Source: the human T2T-CHM13v2.0 reference genome, Homo sapiens. From it: DNA of 64,000 bases. The stretch's first letter is position 1, and each line of letters begins with the position of its first letter. Both the position numbers and the translations under genes were made by a program. Below are positions 42,727 through 59,465 of this stretch, one piece after another. The stretch lies in the NCBI RefSeq assembly GCF_009914755.1, contig NC_060939.1; one strand, written 5' to 3'. Under the pieces are notes generated by a model. It worked only from the letters and a program-made list of their open reading frames with translations. It searched no databases and had not been told where the DNA came from.

Positions 42727-43363
42727 GTGCAGTGCCTATGAAAGGCTAAGCTCACTGCCTAGCATAGAGATACCCAATACATATTAGCTCTTATTTTTAT
42801 GATGCATCCGCACACATCCCATACTGTGCCTATGCTGAGCCTGTTGCCTTTCCCTGAACCCATACTGTATTTCCTTATCTCTGTATCGCTGCTTCTTCCT
42901 TCTTTCTGCACCAACAATCCTCCCACGGAAATCTTAATTCAGCTTACACACCAGAACCACCTTGAGTCCTCTAACTAGAATTTACTTTCCTAATCTGTCT
43001 CTCTTAAATTTGCAGTCTCTCCTATGGTTCTTATCAAACTTTGCCTCATATTGGAATGATGGCCTCAACATCTGTCACTCGATTATAAGTCCCAGTATAT
43101 GGAATAATGTCATATATATTCCTGTCACCCTAGCCCAGCACCTTACATGTAGAAAGAGCTCCATCAGCGATGTTACTTTCAGTCACCTCCCTGTGACCAA
43201 GTTTTCTCCCAGAGAAGGAAGCTGCCCTGTTCAGGACATATGACCCATCTCCAAACCACAGGCTTCCTCATGGCCTGCAGGGTTGAGCCAAGAGGGCTCA
43301 CCAGGCACCCTCTGGGGTTAAATTAATGATACTTACACAGAAAACAAATAAAAATACTGTTAA

Positions 43364-43663
43364 GGCCAGGTTGGGTGGCTCACGCTTGTAATCCCAGCAC
43401 TTTGGGAGGCCAAGGCAGGCAGATCACCTGAGGTCAGGAGTTCGAGACCAGCCTGGCCAACATGGCAAAACCCCATCTCTACTAAAAATACAAAAATTAG
43501 CCAGGTGTGGTGGTGAGTACCTGTAGTCTCAGCTATTTGGGGAGGCTGAGGCAGGAGAATTGCTTGAACCCAGGAGATGGAGGTTTCAGTGAACCGAGAT
43601 CGTGCCACTACACTCCAGCCTGGGCGACAGAGTGAGACTTCATCTCAAAAAACAAAAACAAAA
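43364..43663 (+). mobile_element. AluS (Sx-like)
   Basis: Full dimer; TSD about actgttaa. Confidence 0.96.
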
Positions 43664-44179
43664 GAACTGTTAAGTTGAAGGGGGAAAGTTCTGCAAGAAA
43701 TGTAAATATATGATAGTGTACTACATGGCTCAGCTGTGACACACACTTACATAGTCATAGTGATGCTGGACACTGACCTATCCACAATTATGGTTTAACT
43801 TTATCAGGAGAAGAAAGAGGACAGAAAGTGTGCACATACTGAAGGCCTTTGGTGAAAGAGAGCTGAATCTTCTACTTTAACACAGTGAGAAGAGAAAATG
43901 CGTAAAACCTAAAAACCAAAAAGCATCACTATGTACATATTATATAAATATATGGATATGAATTTAAATGAAAAAGATGGAAGAGTTGAACTAGTTGCCT
44001 CTGGGGAGCAAAAAAATGGAGGGGGGCAAGATCTGATTTGGGAGGAAGGATATTAAGGCCTTCTTTATTGTTATTGTTATTATTAAAAATAATGAACTTT
44101 TTAAAGTTTATTCACACACAGATACATACAAACACACACACGTCTGTGAAAACAACAAAAACCGAAATTTTTTGAAAAG

Positions 44180-46035
<1,856 letters not shown>

Positions 46036-46145
46036 CAAACAGGACAAAGGAGTAGTTATCCAACTCAAAAGGAAGCTCAAAAGAAATATCTAGACTAGAG
46101 ATGAAATATGTGCAAAACCTAGGACTCAGTAATTATTAGTGTTCA

Positions 46146-46455
<310 letters not shown>

Positions 46456-46459
46456 ATTA

Positions 46460-47300
46460 AGATTCAGGGTGTAAATAGCTATGAACAGAAAAATAAAGGC
46501 ACCTAGGACCCAGCCTAGAAAATGTCTATATTTAATGGCTTGTGAGAAAAGAATGAGTCCACAAAAGCAACTAAGGAAGAGTGGGCACGGAGTTAAAGGG
46601 AAACTGGGAGAGAGCCAAAGGAGGGAGCTTTGGAGTGGTCATCTGTGCCTCATGCTGCTGAGAGGTCAAGAGGGCAGGCAAACAAAGAGTGAAAAATCCA
46701 TCAGATTTAGTAACTCAGAAGTTACAAGCAGCATCAGCCAGAGCTGTTTCAATAGAATGATGGAGATGAGAGCCAGTGGATGAATATACAAAAGAGAGAG
46801 AGGTCATGAGTGTGAGGTTCTGAGACTACACAGAAGGGGAAGGTGGAGGCACCCCAGTGAGGTGGAGAATTAGCCTGGGAGGGAAGGACAGAGGCTCCAC
46901 TATGGTAACAGAAAGGTGAAGGAGAGGATGAGTGAGGGCACAGGTGGGTTTGGAAGTTGCAGAATTGTAATCTACAGCCTCAAATCTCCCTACAAAATAT
47001 AGGAGGAGTGCAGGAGTTCAGGGGGCTGGCGAAAGTGTTATTGGAATAATAGTCTAGGTAAGAGGGAAGGAGAGGGCTGAAAGATAGGAAAAGGCAGAGA
47101 TCCCAATGAGGGTATAGAATAGGGCCTAAAAGTGGGCTGAAGGGGAAGTGGCTGTGGTCAAAAAGCAGGGTGCCTGCGTTCGGAATTTGTGGGGTGGTGT
47201 GGACTCAGGAGGATGAGCCCAACGTGAGAATCAGGCCGTGAGTGGTGAGATGGGCACAGGAAAAGCCTCCAGCGTGGTGCCCCCAGAAGAACCAGACTTC
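46460..47300 (-). mobile_element. L2 fragments
   Basis: 'atgctgctgagaggtcaag', 'gagctgtttcaatagaatgatggag'. Confidence 0.6.
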
Positions 47301-47664
47301 CCGAGTCACAGTCCAGTGTACTTCCCTGTTCCACCAGATGTCACCAATCCTGCAACATCGTGACAGCGTGCTGATCACTGAAAGCACAGAGCCAAACACA
47401 TCCAATGCCCTCTGCATCCTGTTCCCCTGCCTGAGGGAGTATATTTTGCACCCAAAGGTGATGATCCTAGGACCTAACACTGGAAGAGTATCAGTCAGGG
47501 CTGGAGTACACATTTAAAGCAAGCAATGATACCCCTCTAATTTTAAACACAGAAAAAGAAATGGAGAAAGAAATGTTCTTTCCAGGAAGGCAAGACTACT
47601 AAGATTGGTTTTAGACCCTCCCACTCTGCCTCACCTCATCTCACTGATGTTGGCCTCTTTAGAA

Positions 47665-47845
47665 CAGTCGCTCTCAAACTTAGCAGCATGTGGGAATCAC
47701 CTAGGGAGCTTTGAAAATCATGCAGCCTGGGTCCCACATCTAGAGATTCTGGTTGAGCTGGTCTGGGGTGCAGCCGGGGCATCAAGGGCTCCAAAAGCTC
47801 TCCAGGTGTTGCGTATGTGCAAGCCAGGGCTGAGAACCACTATTT
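47665..47845. mobile_element. MER5-type MITE
   Basis: 'cagtcgctctcaaactt...gaatcacctagggagcttt...aaagctctccaggtg...gctgagaaccact'. Confidence 0.8.
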
Positions 47846-49059
47846 CAGGGCCGTTTCTGAGCAGGAGCAGCTGCTTCTCCCAACATTCAGTCTACACCCA
47901 CTTCCAAGGCCAAAAGGCAGTTTCAGGGGTCTCTGGGCCATTTTGGAGGAGAACAACAAAGTTCCCCTCTCCTTACAGAACTGCAAGTCTCTAGCCCAGG
48001 CCAGAAAGAAAGCCATCAAAAGCTGAGCTGGGTTAACACCTCTCGGGCCTGGGTGCTTTGGCCATTTAGCTGGGCTTGCACATTTTGAGCAATCACGCTG
48101 CACAACATTCCCAGAAGCACTGATCAGGTGAAGGAGGGCAGGGAAGAAAGGCCAAATGACTTCAGGTGTGGTGTGAAATTGGGCATGAGGAACAGTCAAT
48201 CCTATGAGGAGAAGCAACCCAGACGGCAAACAAACAGGGCAAGGTGGACTGAGACCAAGTTATGCGGACAGCTCAGCGGTCACTGAACTCCAACAGAGCC
48301 CACAGAGCTGCCACCTCTGTACCTCCAGACACCAAAACTTTCCACTAGGGACAGGGCATCTGGAGGCAGTGTGAAGTGGCTGTCCCAAGACAAAGCCAGT
48401 AAATTCACAACAGTAGGGACTTAACATGCAGTCTTAACCTCACGCTCACAGTCCAACCAGCATGGGAGTGTAGCCAGGTCTCATGGGGATGTTTGTAGGA
48501 CAAAGAGAGGCACCCTTAGATCCACAAACTGCAGCAGCCATAATGACAGCTAGGACCACAAAATTTACCCACTCTGCCCCTAAAGCTCTCCCAACCCTCA
48601 TCTGCGCCCCACACCTGGGGCTGCAATGGCCGATTGGTTTATCTACCTGACTCTACTAATCCCTGTTGACTGTGGTATCTCAGAGCCCAACAGAAGTGTT
48701 TGTCATTATGTGTCTAATGAACACATGAATGAAAATAGGAGATGTGTCCACTGTTCTTAAGCAAAGAATCACCAGCTCTTAGTCTCCTAGGAAGTTTTGT
48801 TTTTTCAAAATATACAAGTTTGCGGGCTTAACTGGGACACTTTAAGTCAGGTGCTTTGAAGGTGAGGCCCTTGCATTAGGGTATTATTAATCATATTCTC
48901 ATTAAGAACCACAGCTCTGCAATCAGAAGTTCTCTTACTTTAGCAGGCATAAGAATCACCAGAGGTGCTTAGTAAAAATGCAGATCTAAGCAACAAATGA
49001 TTTGGAAAAAGAAATCTCAAAAGTAATACTATCCAATAGCATCAAAAAAATGTGATCCT

Positions 49060-49400
49060 TTGAGAGATGAGTGGATAAATAAAATGTGGTGCATACATAC
49101 CATGGAATATTATTGAGGAAAAAGATTCTGACACATGCTACAATACAGATGAACATGATGTAGCTAGAGAGTCAGATTCACAGACAAAAGGTAGAATGGT
49201 GGTTGCCAGAGGCTGGAAGAATGGAGAGTTATTGTTTAATGAATATAGAGTTTCGGTTTTGCAAGAAAAAGTTCTGGAGATGGATGATAGTGATGGTTTC
49301 ACAACAATGTGAATGTACTTGCTGCCACTGGGCTGTACATTAAGAATGGTCAAAATGATAAACTTTATGCTATGTATATTTTACCAAAATGTTTTAAAAT
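49060..49400 (+). mobile_element. L1MA/L1MB 3' end
   Basis: 'gatgagtggataaataaaatgtggt'...'aaagttctggagatggatgatagtgatggtt'. Confidence 0.85.
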
Positions 49401-49442
49401 AAATATTTTTAGGGATATATTTAACAAAAGACAGATAAGAAC

Positions 49443-50291
<849 letters not shown>

Positions 50292-52460
50292 ATATGTCTA
50301 TACTCTGAAAACTTCAAAACACTGCTAAGAATTTTTTAAAAAACAAACCTAAACAAATAGAGAGATATATCATATTTGTTAAAATGTCCATTTTCCCAAA
50401 TGTATTCAACTCAATCCCAATCAAAATCTCAGAAGGCATTTTGTAGAAACTGTTAAGCGAATTTAAAAATTTATATACAAATATATGTTCAAAACAATTT
50501 TGGAAAAGAACTTACCCTACTTATTTTGAGACAAACTATAAAATACAAACCTACAACAATCAAGAGAGTGTGTTATTGGTATAAGGATAGACATTAATAG
50601 AACAGAATAGACAGTCCAGAAACAGACCTATATCTTGATTTTCAACGATGATGCCAAGGCAATTCAATGGGGAAGAGCTAATTTTTTCCACAAATGGTAC
50701 TAGAAAATTGAATATCTGTAACAAAAAAAAGAACCTTAACTCTTACCTCACACCAAACACAAAAAGTAACTCAAAATGGGTCATAGACCTAAACACAAAA
50801 AACTATAAAACTTCTCAAAGAAAACAGAAAAAAATTTGTGACCTTGATGTCACAAAAATAAATCTTTATGGCATTGATTTTCTAGGTAGGAACAAAAAAC
50901 CCCACTAATTATAAAGGGAAATAGATGAAAGTCTGAATGTTATCAGAATTAAAGACTTCTCTTTAAAATTCACTATTAAGAAAATAAAAAGGAGAACCAC
51001 ACACTCAGAGAAAGTATTTGCAATACTCGTAGTCAATAAAGAACTTGTATCCAAAATATAAGAAGAGCTCTTAAAGATCAACAAGAAGATAAGCAATGTA
51101 CCCTCTCTCCCCAACACACACACAGCTAGCAAAAGATTTTAACAAATATTTCAATAAGAAGATATACAAATGGCCAATAAGTACACCAAAAGATGCTCAA
51201 CACCATTAGTCATTAGGAAAAGAAATTAAAACCACATAAGGGCACTTATGATGGCATTTAGGGCCTACCTGGATAGTCTAGAATTATCTCCTCATCTCAA
51301 AATCCTCAATACATTCAAGTAACCAAAATTTAAAAGACTGACAAAATCAAGTATTGCTGAGAACGTGAAGTAAATGCAAAATGGTACAATTGCTTTGGAA
51401 AACTATTTGGTAGTTTCTTACTAAAATATTAAATTAAACATACACTTATCATATAAACCAACAATCACCAAAGAGAAATAAAAATACACACACATACACA
51501 CACACACACACACACAACTTGTTCATAACAGCTTTATTCATAATAGCCTGAATCTGGACATAATTCAAATATCCATCAACAGGTGAAATCAGTAAGTGAA
51601 TTGTGATATCCATACAATGAAATACTACTCAGTAATTTAAAAATGAACTATAGATACATATAATATGGAAGAATATTAAAATCCAGCCGAGGAAAAGAAA
51701 TTAGATGCAGGAAATACAGTACATGCATACAGTATGTATTAGCTTCCTGGGGCTGCTGTGACAACCACACTGTTATTGGCTAAAAACAACAGGAATTTAT
51801 TCTCTCCATTCTAGAGGCCAGAAGTCCAAAATCAAGGTGTCAGCAGGGCCACATTGCTTCTGGAGGCTGTGGAGGAGAACCTGTTCTTTGCCTCTTCCGA
51901 CTTCTGGTGGCTGCAGCCTTCCTTGGCATTCCTTAGCTTGTGGCTGCATCACTCCAGTCTCCACCTCCATCTTTACATAGCCTGTCCTTTCTGTGTGTGT
52001 GGTGTTGACCCTCCCTCTACCTCTCTCTTATAAGGGCACTAATGATGGCATTTAGGGCCCACCTGGATAGTCTAGAATTATCTCCTTATCTCAAAATCCT
52101 GAATTTAATTTCACCTGCAAAGACACTTTTTTCAAAGAAGGTGACATTTACAGATTCCAGGAACAGGACATATAATCTTCGGGGCCACCATTCAACTCAC
52201 TACATTGAATGATATCATTTACATGAAATTCTAGAAGGAATAAGACTAATCTGCTGTAACAAAAGGCAGTGGTTGCCTGGGGCCAAGGAGGTGGAGGTGA
52301 CTGACTGCAAAATGGCATCAGGGAACTTTCTGGTGGGAAGGAAGTCCTCTATATTATGATGGTGGTGATGGTTCCATGACTGTGTAAGTTTATCAACACT
52401 CATCAAACTATACCCTTACAATGAGTGTATTTTATTATACACAAATATAATTCATTTTAA
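50292..52460 (+). mobile_element. L1M ORF2 3' half and 3' UTR, interrupted by MLT1
   Basis: 'aatcccaatcaaaatctcag', 'gccaaggcaattcaatgggg', 'aagatgctcaacaccattagtcattagg'. Confidence 0.88.
51735..52204 (-). mobile_element. MLT1B/C-type MaLR LTR
   Basis: 'tgtattagcttcctggggctgctgt...ggccagaagtccaaaatcaaggtgtcagcagggcc'...'ggggccaccattcaactcactaca'. Confidence 0.9.
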
Positions 52461-53348
52461 AAGAAAGCAAAAAAAAAATGTAGATTTGGGGGACCAAACT
52501 TGGAAAGTCCCATTTGACAAGTCTAGGGTGCATTTTAAATAAACAGCCCAGGTGCCTGTTCAGGAGGTGGTCCTGGAACCTCACGGGAGAAAGAGTGCTC
52601 TGGAAGTTGAAGAAAGGGCCCATCACATCTTGCTGCCTTCCCTTTGGTTCCACAAATAGCCAAGTGCCAGGTGCAGAGCTGGGGATGTCCTGCAGTGAAG
52701 TCCTGCCCACTGTAAGTTCAGGCTGTTGAAAGACATGCCCACAACTCACTCCAGCCCAACGCAGCTATGACAAGAACTGACAGGTATAGAATCACAGAGG
52801 AAGGTGAATTTTGACCCAGAGACTGGCAACAGCTCTCTGGATGGGACAGCATTCGAGCTGGGCCCTGATGATGGAGCAGGATTTTGACACATGGAACGGT
52901 CAACACCAGCTGCCTCCTGTTCATGTCCTCTTGGTCCTCCCTGAGTCCTCTGTCCTCCCCTTGGTCCTCCCTATCTGAGTCAAGCTCACTTAGGATGGCC
53001 TCTCTCCAGGCATTCTTCCCTGCCTCCTGTCTTTCTGTCTTTTGCCCATGCTGGGCCATGCCAATCCCTTCCCTAGATTCTTCATCAGCAAAGCCCCAAA
53101 AACAAGACTTGGCCTTCAGTAAGGCACCCTGGGGAGGCTACTTCTGCAGAGAACCAGGCTGGTTGTCCCTTCTCTTGACTATTCCACCCCCAGATCCCAA
53201 TCCACAGCTCCAGCCAGACATTCAAATTCCAAGGACTCAACCTCTTTGACCCGATTCCTTGGTCCCTTCTGTGTCTTTTCTGACTCTGGTTTCTCTTAAA
53301 CTTCTACAGAAATACAGTATATGGATATGTACTATATTTATATGATAT

Positions 53349-53465
53349 ACTTATCATATAAACTAACAATCACCCAAGAGAAATAAAAATACACACACAC
53401 ATGCTTGTTCATAACAGCTTTATTCATAATAGCCTGAATCTGGACATAATTCAAATATCCATCAA
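53349..53465 (+). repeat. Local duplicate of L1 segment 51444-51579
   Basis: Last 62 nt identical; 2 substitutions before a (CA)n tract of different length. Confidence 0.93.
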
Positions 53466-54589
53466 GTTCCACCTAGTTCTATGGGCTTTCCAGGTGGTCC
53501 CTGCCCTCCACAGCAGAGGCACACTGTTGGTGGTTAGGCCTTCTCCTATGACCTGGTTCCTCAGCCCCACCTCCATTCCCCATCCCTGGCTCTCCCTAGG
53601 CCATCACTACTCAACTCCTGAACTCACAAGGATGGAACCAGGCCAAGGCCCCAGGGCCTCTCTGGACCAAAAATGAAGCAATTTAAACCTTCTCAGACTC
53701 TGATCCCAGCACAAGTCCCTGGATTTGGTCCCATGTGCCTTGCATAAGACAGACAACTTGGAATCTCTTAGCTTTTTTCTTCCCCAACTCCCAGTAAGTA
53801 GCTCTACCACTCCCTCCTTTGCCAAATGAAGAAGGGCAGACTTCCCAGAGCTATTTACAAGCCATGAACGGCACGTTGAGCCCTGTGTACTCCAGGAATG
53901 CCTCTGGGTGGGTTTCTTTGTTCTCACAATGAGGTTCTCCATTCTTTGCCCGCATCCATCCTCATGGAGTGAGGAGAGCTCCCCATTGGTTAGATGGGTA
54001 GTTATGCCTGTACAGGGTCCCAAGATGCGAAGTTTGCAGCCTGCAGGCTCACAACCACCTCTTCGTGATGCCTCTGCCTTTTGGAAAGCTTGGTGGTCTC
54101 CAATATCTGGTCCCAGGAGACAAGGAATAAAGCTGGAAGGAGGAATGGGGCTTTCTGAGGAGCTAACAATCCTAGGACTAGGAGGAAACCTCACCCTGGC
54201 AAGCTCCCTGAACCCACCACCTTAACTGAAAGATTTCGAACTAGAACATGTCTTAAGCCCTGGTGTGGAACAGTCACAGGAAGGAGGCTGCCCTCCTCTC
54301 TTTGCCTAGACCATGGGCAAACTGGGCACTAAATGGGGCTCCACCAAAGGTCCAGGGCCCCCATCAGGGTGTGATGGGCTATTCTGGCAGCAGGGACCCA
54401 GTGATGGGGTCAGCCAGGCCTCACAGTGCACCATTATGACCCTCACATACACTGGGAATATTTGGACCCCTAAAGAAGGGAACCCAGTGACTGAAATAGC
54501 CAAGTGGAGCCCAAACCTTATTCCGCCACTGGGAAACTGACTAGAGATAGCAACTGAGGCTGTTCACAATATTTCAGCTTTTCACTAAC

Positions 54590-54948
54590 ATGACACATAG
54601 GATTGCACTTTCTCTTCCACATTAGTTGGATGAAGTCATATGGCTAGTTCCAGCCAATGAGCTCTAACCAGAAGTGTCATGTGCCACCTCTGGGCTGGAG
54701 CATTTAATTGCTGATGCATGAGCATCCAGAGTTCTCTTTCCCTGTGCCATGGCAACCAGCAGTGTTCCAGATGGTGGCTGCTCCAGTCAGCCTGTGCTGG
54801 AGTGAGGATGATGTTGACCTGGTGCAAAGCTCCCAGCCTTTTCTCTTGGCCATGAGTATGGGCAAGAATGACATCTTTGTTATTTCAAGTCACTGAGATT
54901 TGGGGGCTGTTATTACTGCAGCATAACCCAGCCTGTCCTCACTGGAAT
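54590..54948 (+). mobile_element. MLT1I/J-type MaLR LTR
   Basis: 'ccagccaatgag...agaagtgtcatgtgccacctctgggctggagcatttaattgc'...'ttactgcagcataacccagcct'. Confidence 0.8.
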
Positions 54949-55994
54949 ATGAGTCAAAGGCCAACCAGAGCTGCACGTGTTCAGTATCACCCAATTCCAG
55001 GGACCCCGTCTAACCTTATTTCCCTATCGCCTACTTCTGACTTTGGGTCCAAGCCATGCCTCAGTCCTAACACAACAAAAGAGAAAGGTGCCTCAGAAGC
55101 CAAACCAGTGTGGACTCCAAGTGGATGATGTTCTCTGAGCCTAAGATGCCAGCTCTTCGGGATTCAGTGGATTCCAGTGGGGGTCAGGGTGAGGGTTAGA
55201 CTGCTATAGGAGGCAAAGCCCAGCTTGTCCATGGAGTCCCAGGAGTTGAGCTGTGACACAGGAACTGGTGTCTGACATCAGCCTCCAAAGTACTAGCACT
55301 TCTTGCCTGCTTCAACTAAAGACGACCAACTTGGCCTCTTCCGTGGTTTCTCTTCGGCCACGGAGAGCTCCTGCCTGTGGGTCTTCATCTGAAGTCTCCC
55401 TTGGGGCACTGTCTTCAGCCTCATGTCCCCGTGAATCCTAGTGTGACTCTAGTTCTCCCATCAACTCTCTAACTTGCTATGTCATGAAGAATGTGGCTTC
55501 TAGCCTTCTTCCTTTCTCCCAACCGTTGTGAGCTCAAGCCTCAGGCCATGGCCTTTGCCTATAGAATCATCCTTCTCTTCTGTCATTGAAACAGCTCCCA
55601 ACCCCACCATCCCCTAATGGATAGAGGCTGGCTAAATATTACTAAGACCTCATCCATCCACCCGTGGAGTTCCCATGCATTCCCTACCCATTCCCATTAT
55701 ATACTTTACCTCATCTTTACTACATCTCAGAAAGACCAAACTTGATCTTTTCAATCAAGTGAGTAGGGAGGGGAGAAGAAATAAATGAACGTTTATGAGA
55801 CCTGCAATGAGCTAGTCATTCTCCTTCACTGACTCCATGACTCATGCAGGATGGTGAGGGATTAAAGGTACAGGTTCTGGAACCGAATTGCCTGGTGTTG
55901 AGTCTCAGCTCTGCCACTTGCTAGCAGTGTGATCTTAAGCAAGCTGCTTCACCTTTCTGGACCTCTGTTTACTTTTTGTATAAAACAGCAATGT

Positions 55995-56324
55995 GGCCGG
56001 GCCCGGTGGCTCACGCCTGTAATCCCAGCACTTTGGGAGGCTGAGGCGGGTGGATCATGAGGTCAGGAGTTCGAGACCCAGCCTGGCCAACATTTAGAGA
56101 GCCTCGTCTCTACTAAAAATACAAAAAGTAGCCAGGCATGGTGGCGGGCGCCTGTAATCCCAGCTACTCGGGAGGCTGAGGCAGAGAATTGCTTGAACCC
56201 AGGAGGCAGAGATTACAGTGAGCTGAGATTGCGCCACTGCACTCCAGCCTGGGCGACAGAGGGAGACTCCGTCTCAAAACAAAACAAAACAAAACAAACA
56301 AACAAACAAACAAAAAACCAAAAA
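55995..56324 (+). mobile_element. AluS inserted in a MIR (MIR about 55850-56450)
   Basis: Dimer with a (CAAAA)/(CAAA)n tail; flanking MIR core 'ctctgccacttgctagcagtgtgatctt'. Confidence 0.95.
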
Positions 56325-56509
56325 GGAGTGATTTGTGATGGGTATTAACAAACCATCACATTGCTATGGTTACTGAATGAGTTGCTAGACATAAAGTGTA
56401 TGCTAGAACAACGCCTAGCATGGTGCCCAGTGCATGTGAGTTATTATGATTCACCCACAGAGTATCTAAATGTACCAGACACAGGGCACACAAAGAGAAC
56501 AAAATAGAC

Positions 56510-56950
56510 CTATTCATTCATTCAACAAATATTCATTGAGGGACTGCATGTGTCACCCACTGTGATGGGAGCTGGGCACATGTGTCTCTGCCCTCATGAA
56601 GCTCACAATCTGGTGAGGGAGGGAGGAGGACAGTAAACCAGTGAATAGCAAACTGATCTGGGCTAGGAGGGATGGAGGCACTGTAACAGAGGTTGACGGA
56701 GGCAGAGGAGAGGTGGGGGTGGGTCAGGGAAGCCTTCTGATATTTAAAGGACAATGTGAAGATGAGGTGGTGCTATCTGGAAAAGAGCAAGGGGAAGTGC
56801 AAGGGAGATGGGTAGGGAGATGAAGGAGATGAGGGGAGGGAGGCAGGCAGGGCCAGGTCACTCAGGCCTTATGGTTGGTGTCCTCAGTGCAACCCCAATC
56901 CACAAGGTGGTTACAAGCAGAGAAGCGACAGGATCTCATCTTACATCTTT
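56510..56950 (-). mobile_element. L2 3' end
   Basis: 'attcattcattcaacaaatattcattgag...ctgccctcatgaagctcacaatct'. Confidence 0.8.
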
Positions 56951-58149
56951 CAATGGGCATACTGCAATTTTCCTTTCACTGAAGAGGAAACTGAGGCCCA
57001 AGCTCAAATCCCTGGTAAATGATGTGGTTGGGACTACAACAGCTCTCATCAGCCCCAGCTCAGCAAACTTGCCAGTTTACTACTTCTCACCCTCTCCTGT
57101 ACAGCAGGAACGAACTCTCCAAAAGCCCTTCACCTGATCACGGGGTCGTGGTGCCTGTCTTGACTTAAACTCACACCACCATGCACAATTGAGGGTCCAG
57201 CAAAGGTTTCCATGCCAATGGCTTGTGCAAACAACACTCCCCTGCGCTCCTTCCCCACCGTTTCCATCCCCCACAACTACCGGAGTTGACACCCAAGCCA
57301 ATAACCACAGGTAAACGTGTTTCTCCCTGGGACACGGAGTTAAACACACAACCACAGAGATGTGTCTCAAGTCCAGAATGGAAGGGCCAAGGTGCCAGGG
57401 ATGACAAATCCTCCGGGAATCCAGCTCGAAGCTCCCCCCGGAGACACCCCTCCCCAAAATAGGCAAAGAGGGTCAGGAACACTCGTGCAAACAGCTGATC
57501 CACAAAACCCCCACTGTGCCCACGGCTTTCCCCACCTCAGCCCTTTCTATTTTTATCAGGAGAGTGAGAGGGGGTTGCCAGGCGGGGCCACGGCGCTGTT
57601 TATGTCTGAAATTTAAAAAGATGCACAGAGTACTTGAGAGAAGGCGTTGCCGCTAAAGGAATTTCGGAGGAGAATTTCAAACCCAGCAGGGTGAATAGGT
57701 GCCTTGTGTTCTGACTTTTGACTCTGGAAAAGCCGCGTTTCCAACCTTGGCATGCAGAGGGGGCAGGGATAAGGAGAAAATGCATGCGTGTGAGATTCAG
57801 ACAGGGAGTGAGACCCAGCTCACCTGGGCACAGGGAAAAACTGATTTTCAGACTGGGAGTGCTTTGGGAGGAAGCCCTTCTGCCCCTCCAGTGTCATTTC
57901 TACTTATTTATGCCCCAAGTAATTCATGGACTTTTCTTGCTCTCTTAGCCTTACCTGATTAGCCCCACTCCAATCTAGCCATTCTCTACTCCATATCTGC
58001 CATCTGTCTCCAGTTTATCAGTGAGTTTTGCTGGGTATTAATTTTCTTACGTATTTGCTCATTAAGACTTTAAGAGGCAGAAAAGCTGAAGAAAAGGAGG
58101 CTATTGGACAAAAATGTCCAATATCTGTCCAGAATCTCACTCTGGACAC

Positions 58150-58283
58150 ACAGGCTGGGATGCAGAGGCATGATCTCTGCTTACTGCAGCCTTAACCTCC
58201 TAAGCTCAAATAATTCTCCCACCTCAGCCCCCTGAATAGCTGGGACTACAGGCATGCGCCACTACGCCTGGCTAATTTTTGTA
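58150..58283 (-). mobile_element. Partial Alu (right monomer, J-type)
   Basis: 'actgcagccttaacctcc...gctgggactacaggcatgcgccac...tgtagagatggggtt'. Confidence 0.88.
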
Positions 58284-59153
58284 TTTTTTGTAGAGATGGG
58301 GTTTTAAGAGGCTTTAAGTCACTCTGATTTGTCAATTTTTTGCTACCTAATTACATTGTATGTGTCCCTTTGACAGCTGTATGCCTACTGTTTCTTTAAC
58401 ACACACACAACTTAAACCTGGTGGAGGGTTTTACTCTATAGGCAATACAGCAGGACAAATTGGTGCTATTTCTCCAACTGTGTAAAACAGGAGGCAAGAA
58501 GGGGTAACAAGAAAGTATCTTCCTGCTGAGGGAATTTCAACACATATCTCCTCTCTTTGCCTTCATCCTTCAAAGGTTAAACTGGCTCTAACGGCCCTGT
58601 ACATTCCAGACCAGGCTACACAAGACCCTTATTAAGCTGGGGATCCTCAGGAAGGTTGGCGTCACTTTTAGGGGGTTGGACTTCTGACTTGATATGGGAC
58701 TTCAGGGTGGACCTGATCCCCAAGTTTGTAGTTGATCTCATGTCCTTGGGTCTGGGAGTAAGCGCCAAGAAGCTCCAGCCTCACTGATGCACAGAGCTGC
58801 AAAAATGCAACTGTTTATGAAGTTCGTTGGCCACAAAGTCCTAGAAGCCACAAGATGCAGCTGTCATGCAATTAAACTCCAGCTGTCTGCCCGATGAAAG
58901 TTCGTGGCTTGACAATGTCTCTATTTCTTTTTCTCTAGAACCTCCTCACACGCAGCACCTTTTCTTGGGTGTGTGAGGGTCTCTGGCATTCCCTCCCTAT
59001 GTTTCTAGATCTCTCTGTTTCTCTCGGCATCCTTACATTTTTGTCCAATAGCCGCCCTTTCTTCATCTTTTCTGCCGCTTCCATTTTCTCCCTTAATTAG
59101 TAAGCAATTAAGATATATTTTAGCATTTGTTGAATACAATTTAATGCTCCATT

Positions 59154-59465
59154 CTTCTTCTTTTTTTTTTTTTTTTTTTTTTTTGAGGCAGAATCTTACC
59201 CTGTCATCCAGGCTGGAGTGCAGTAGCATGATTTCTGCTTACTGAAGCCTTGACCTCCCAAGCTCAAGTAATTCTCCAACCGCAGCACCCCCGAATAGCT
59301 GGGACTACAGGCGCACACCAACATGCCTGGCTAATTTTTGTATTTTTTGTAGAGATGGGGTTTGCCCTGTTGCCCAGGCTGGTCTCCAACTCCTGGGCTC
59401 AAGAAACCCACCCACCTCGGCCTCCCAAAGTGCTGGGATTACAGGCGAGAGTCACCACACCTGGC
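59154..59465 (-). mobile_element. AluJ
   Basis: Antisense dimer; TSD ttaatgctccattctt. Confidence 0.95.
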
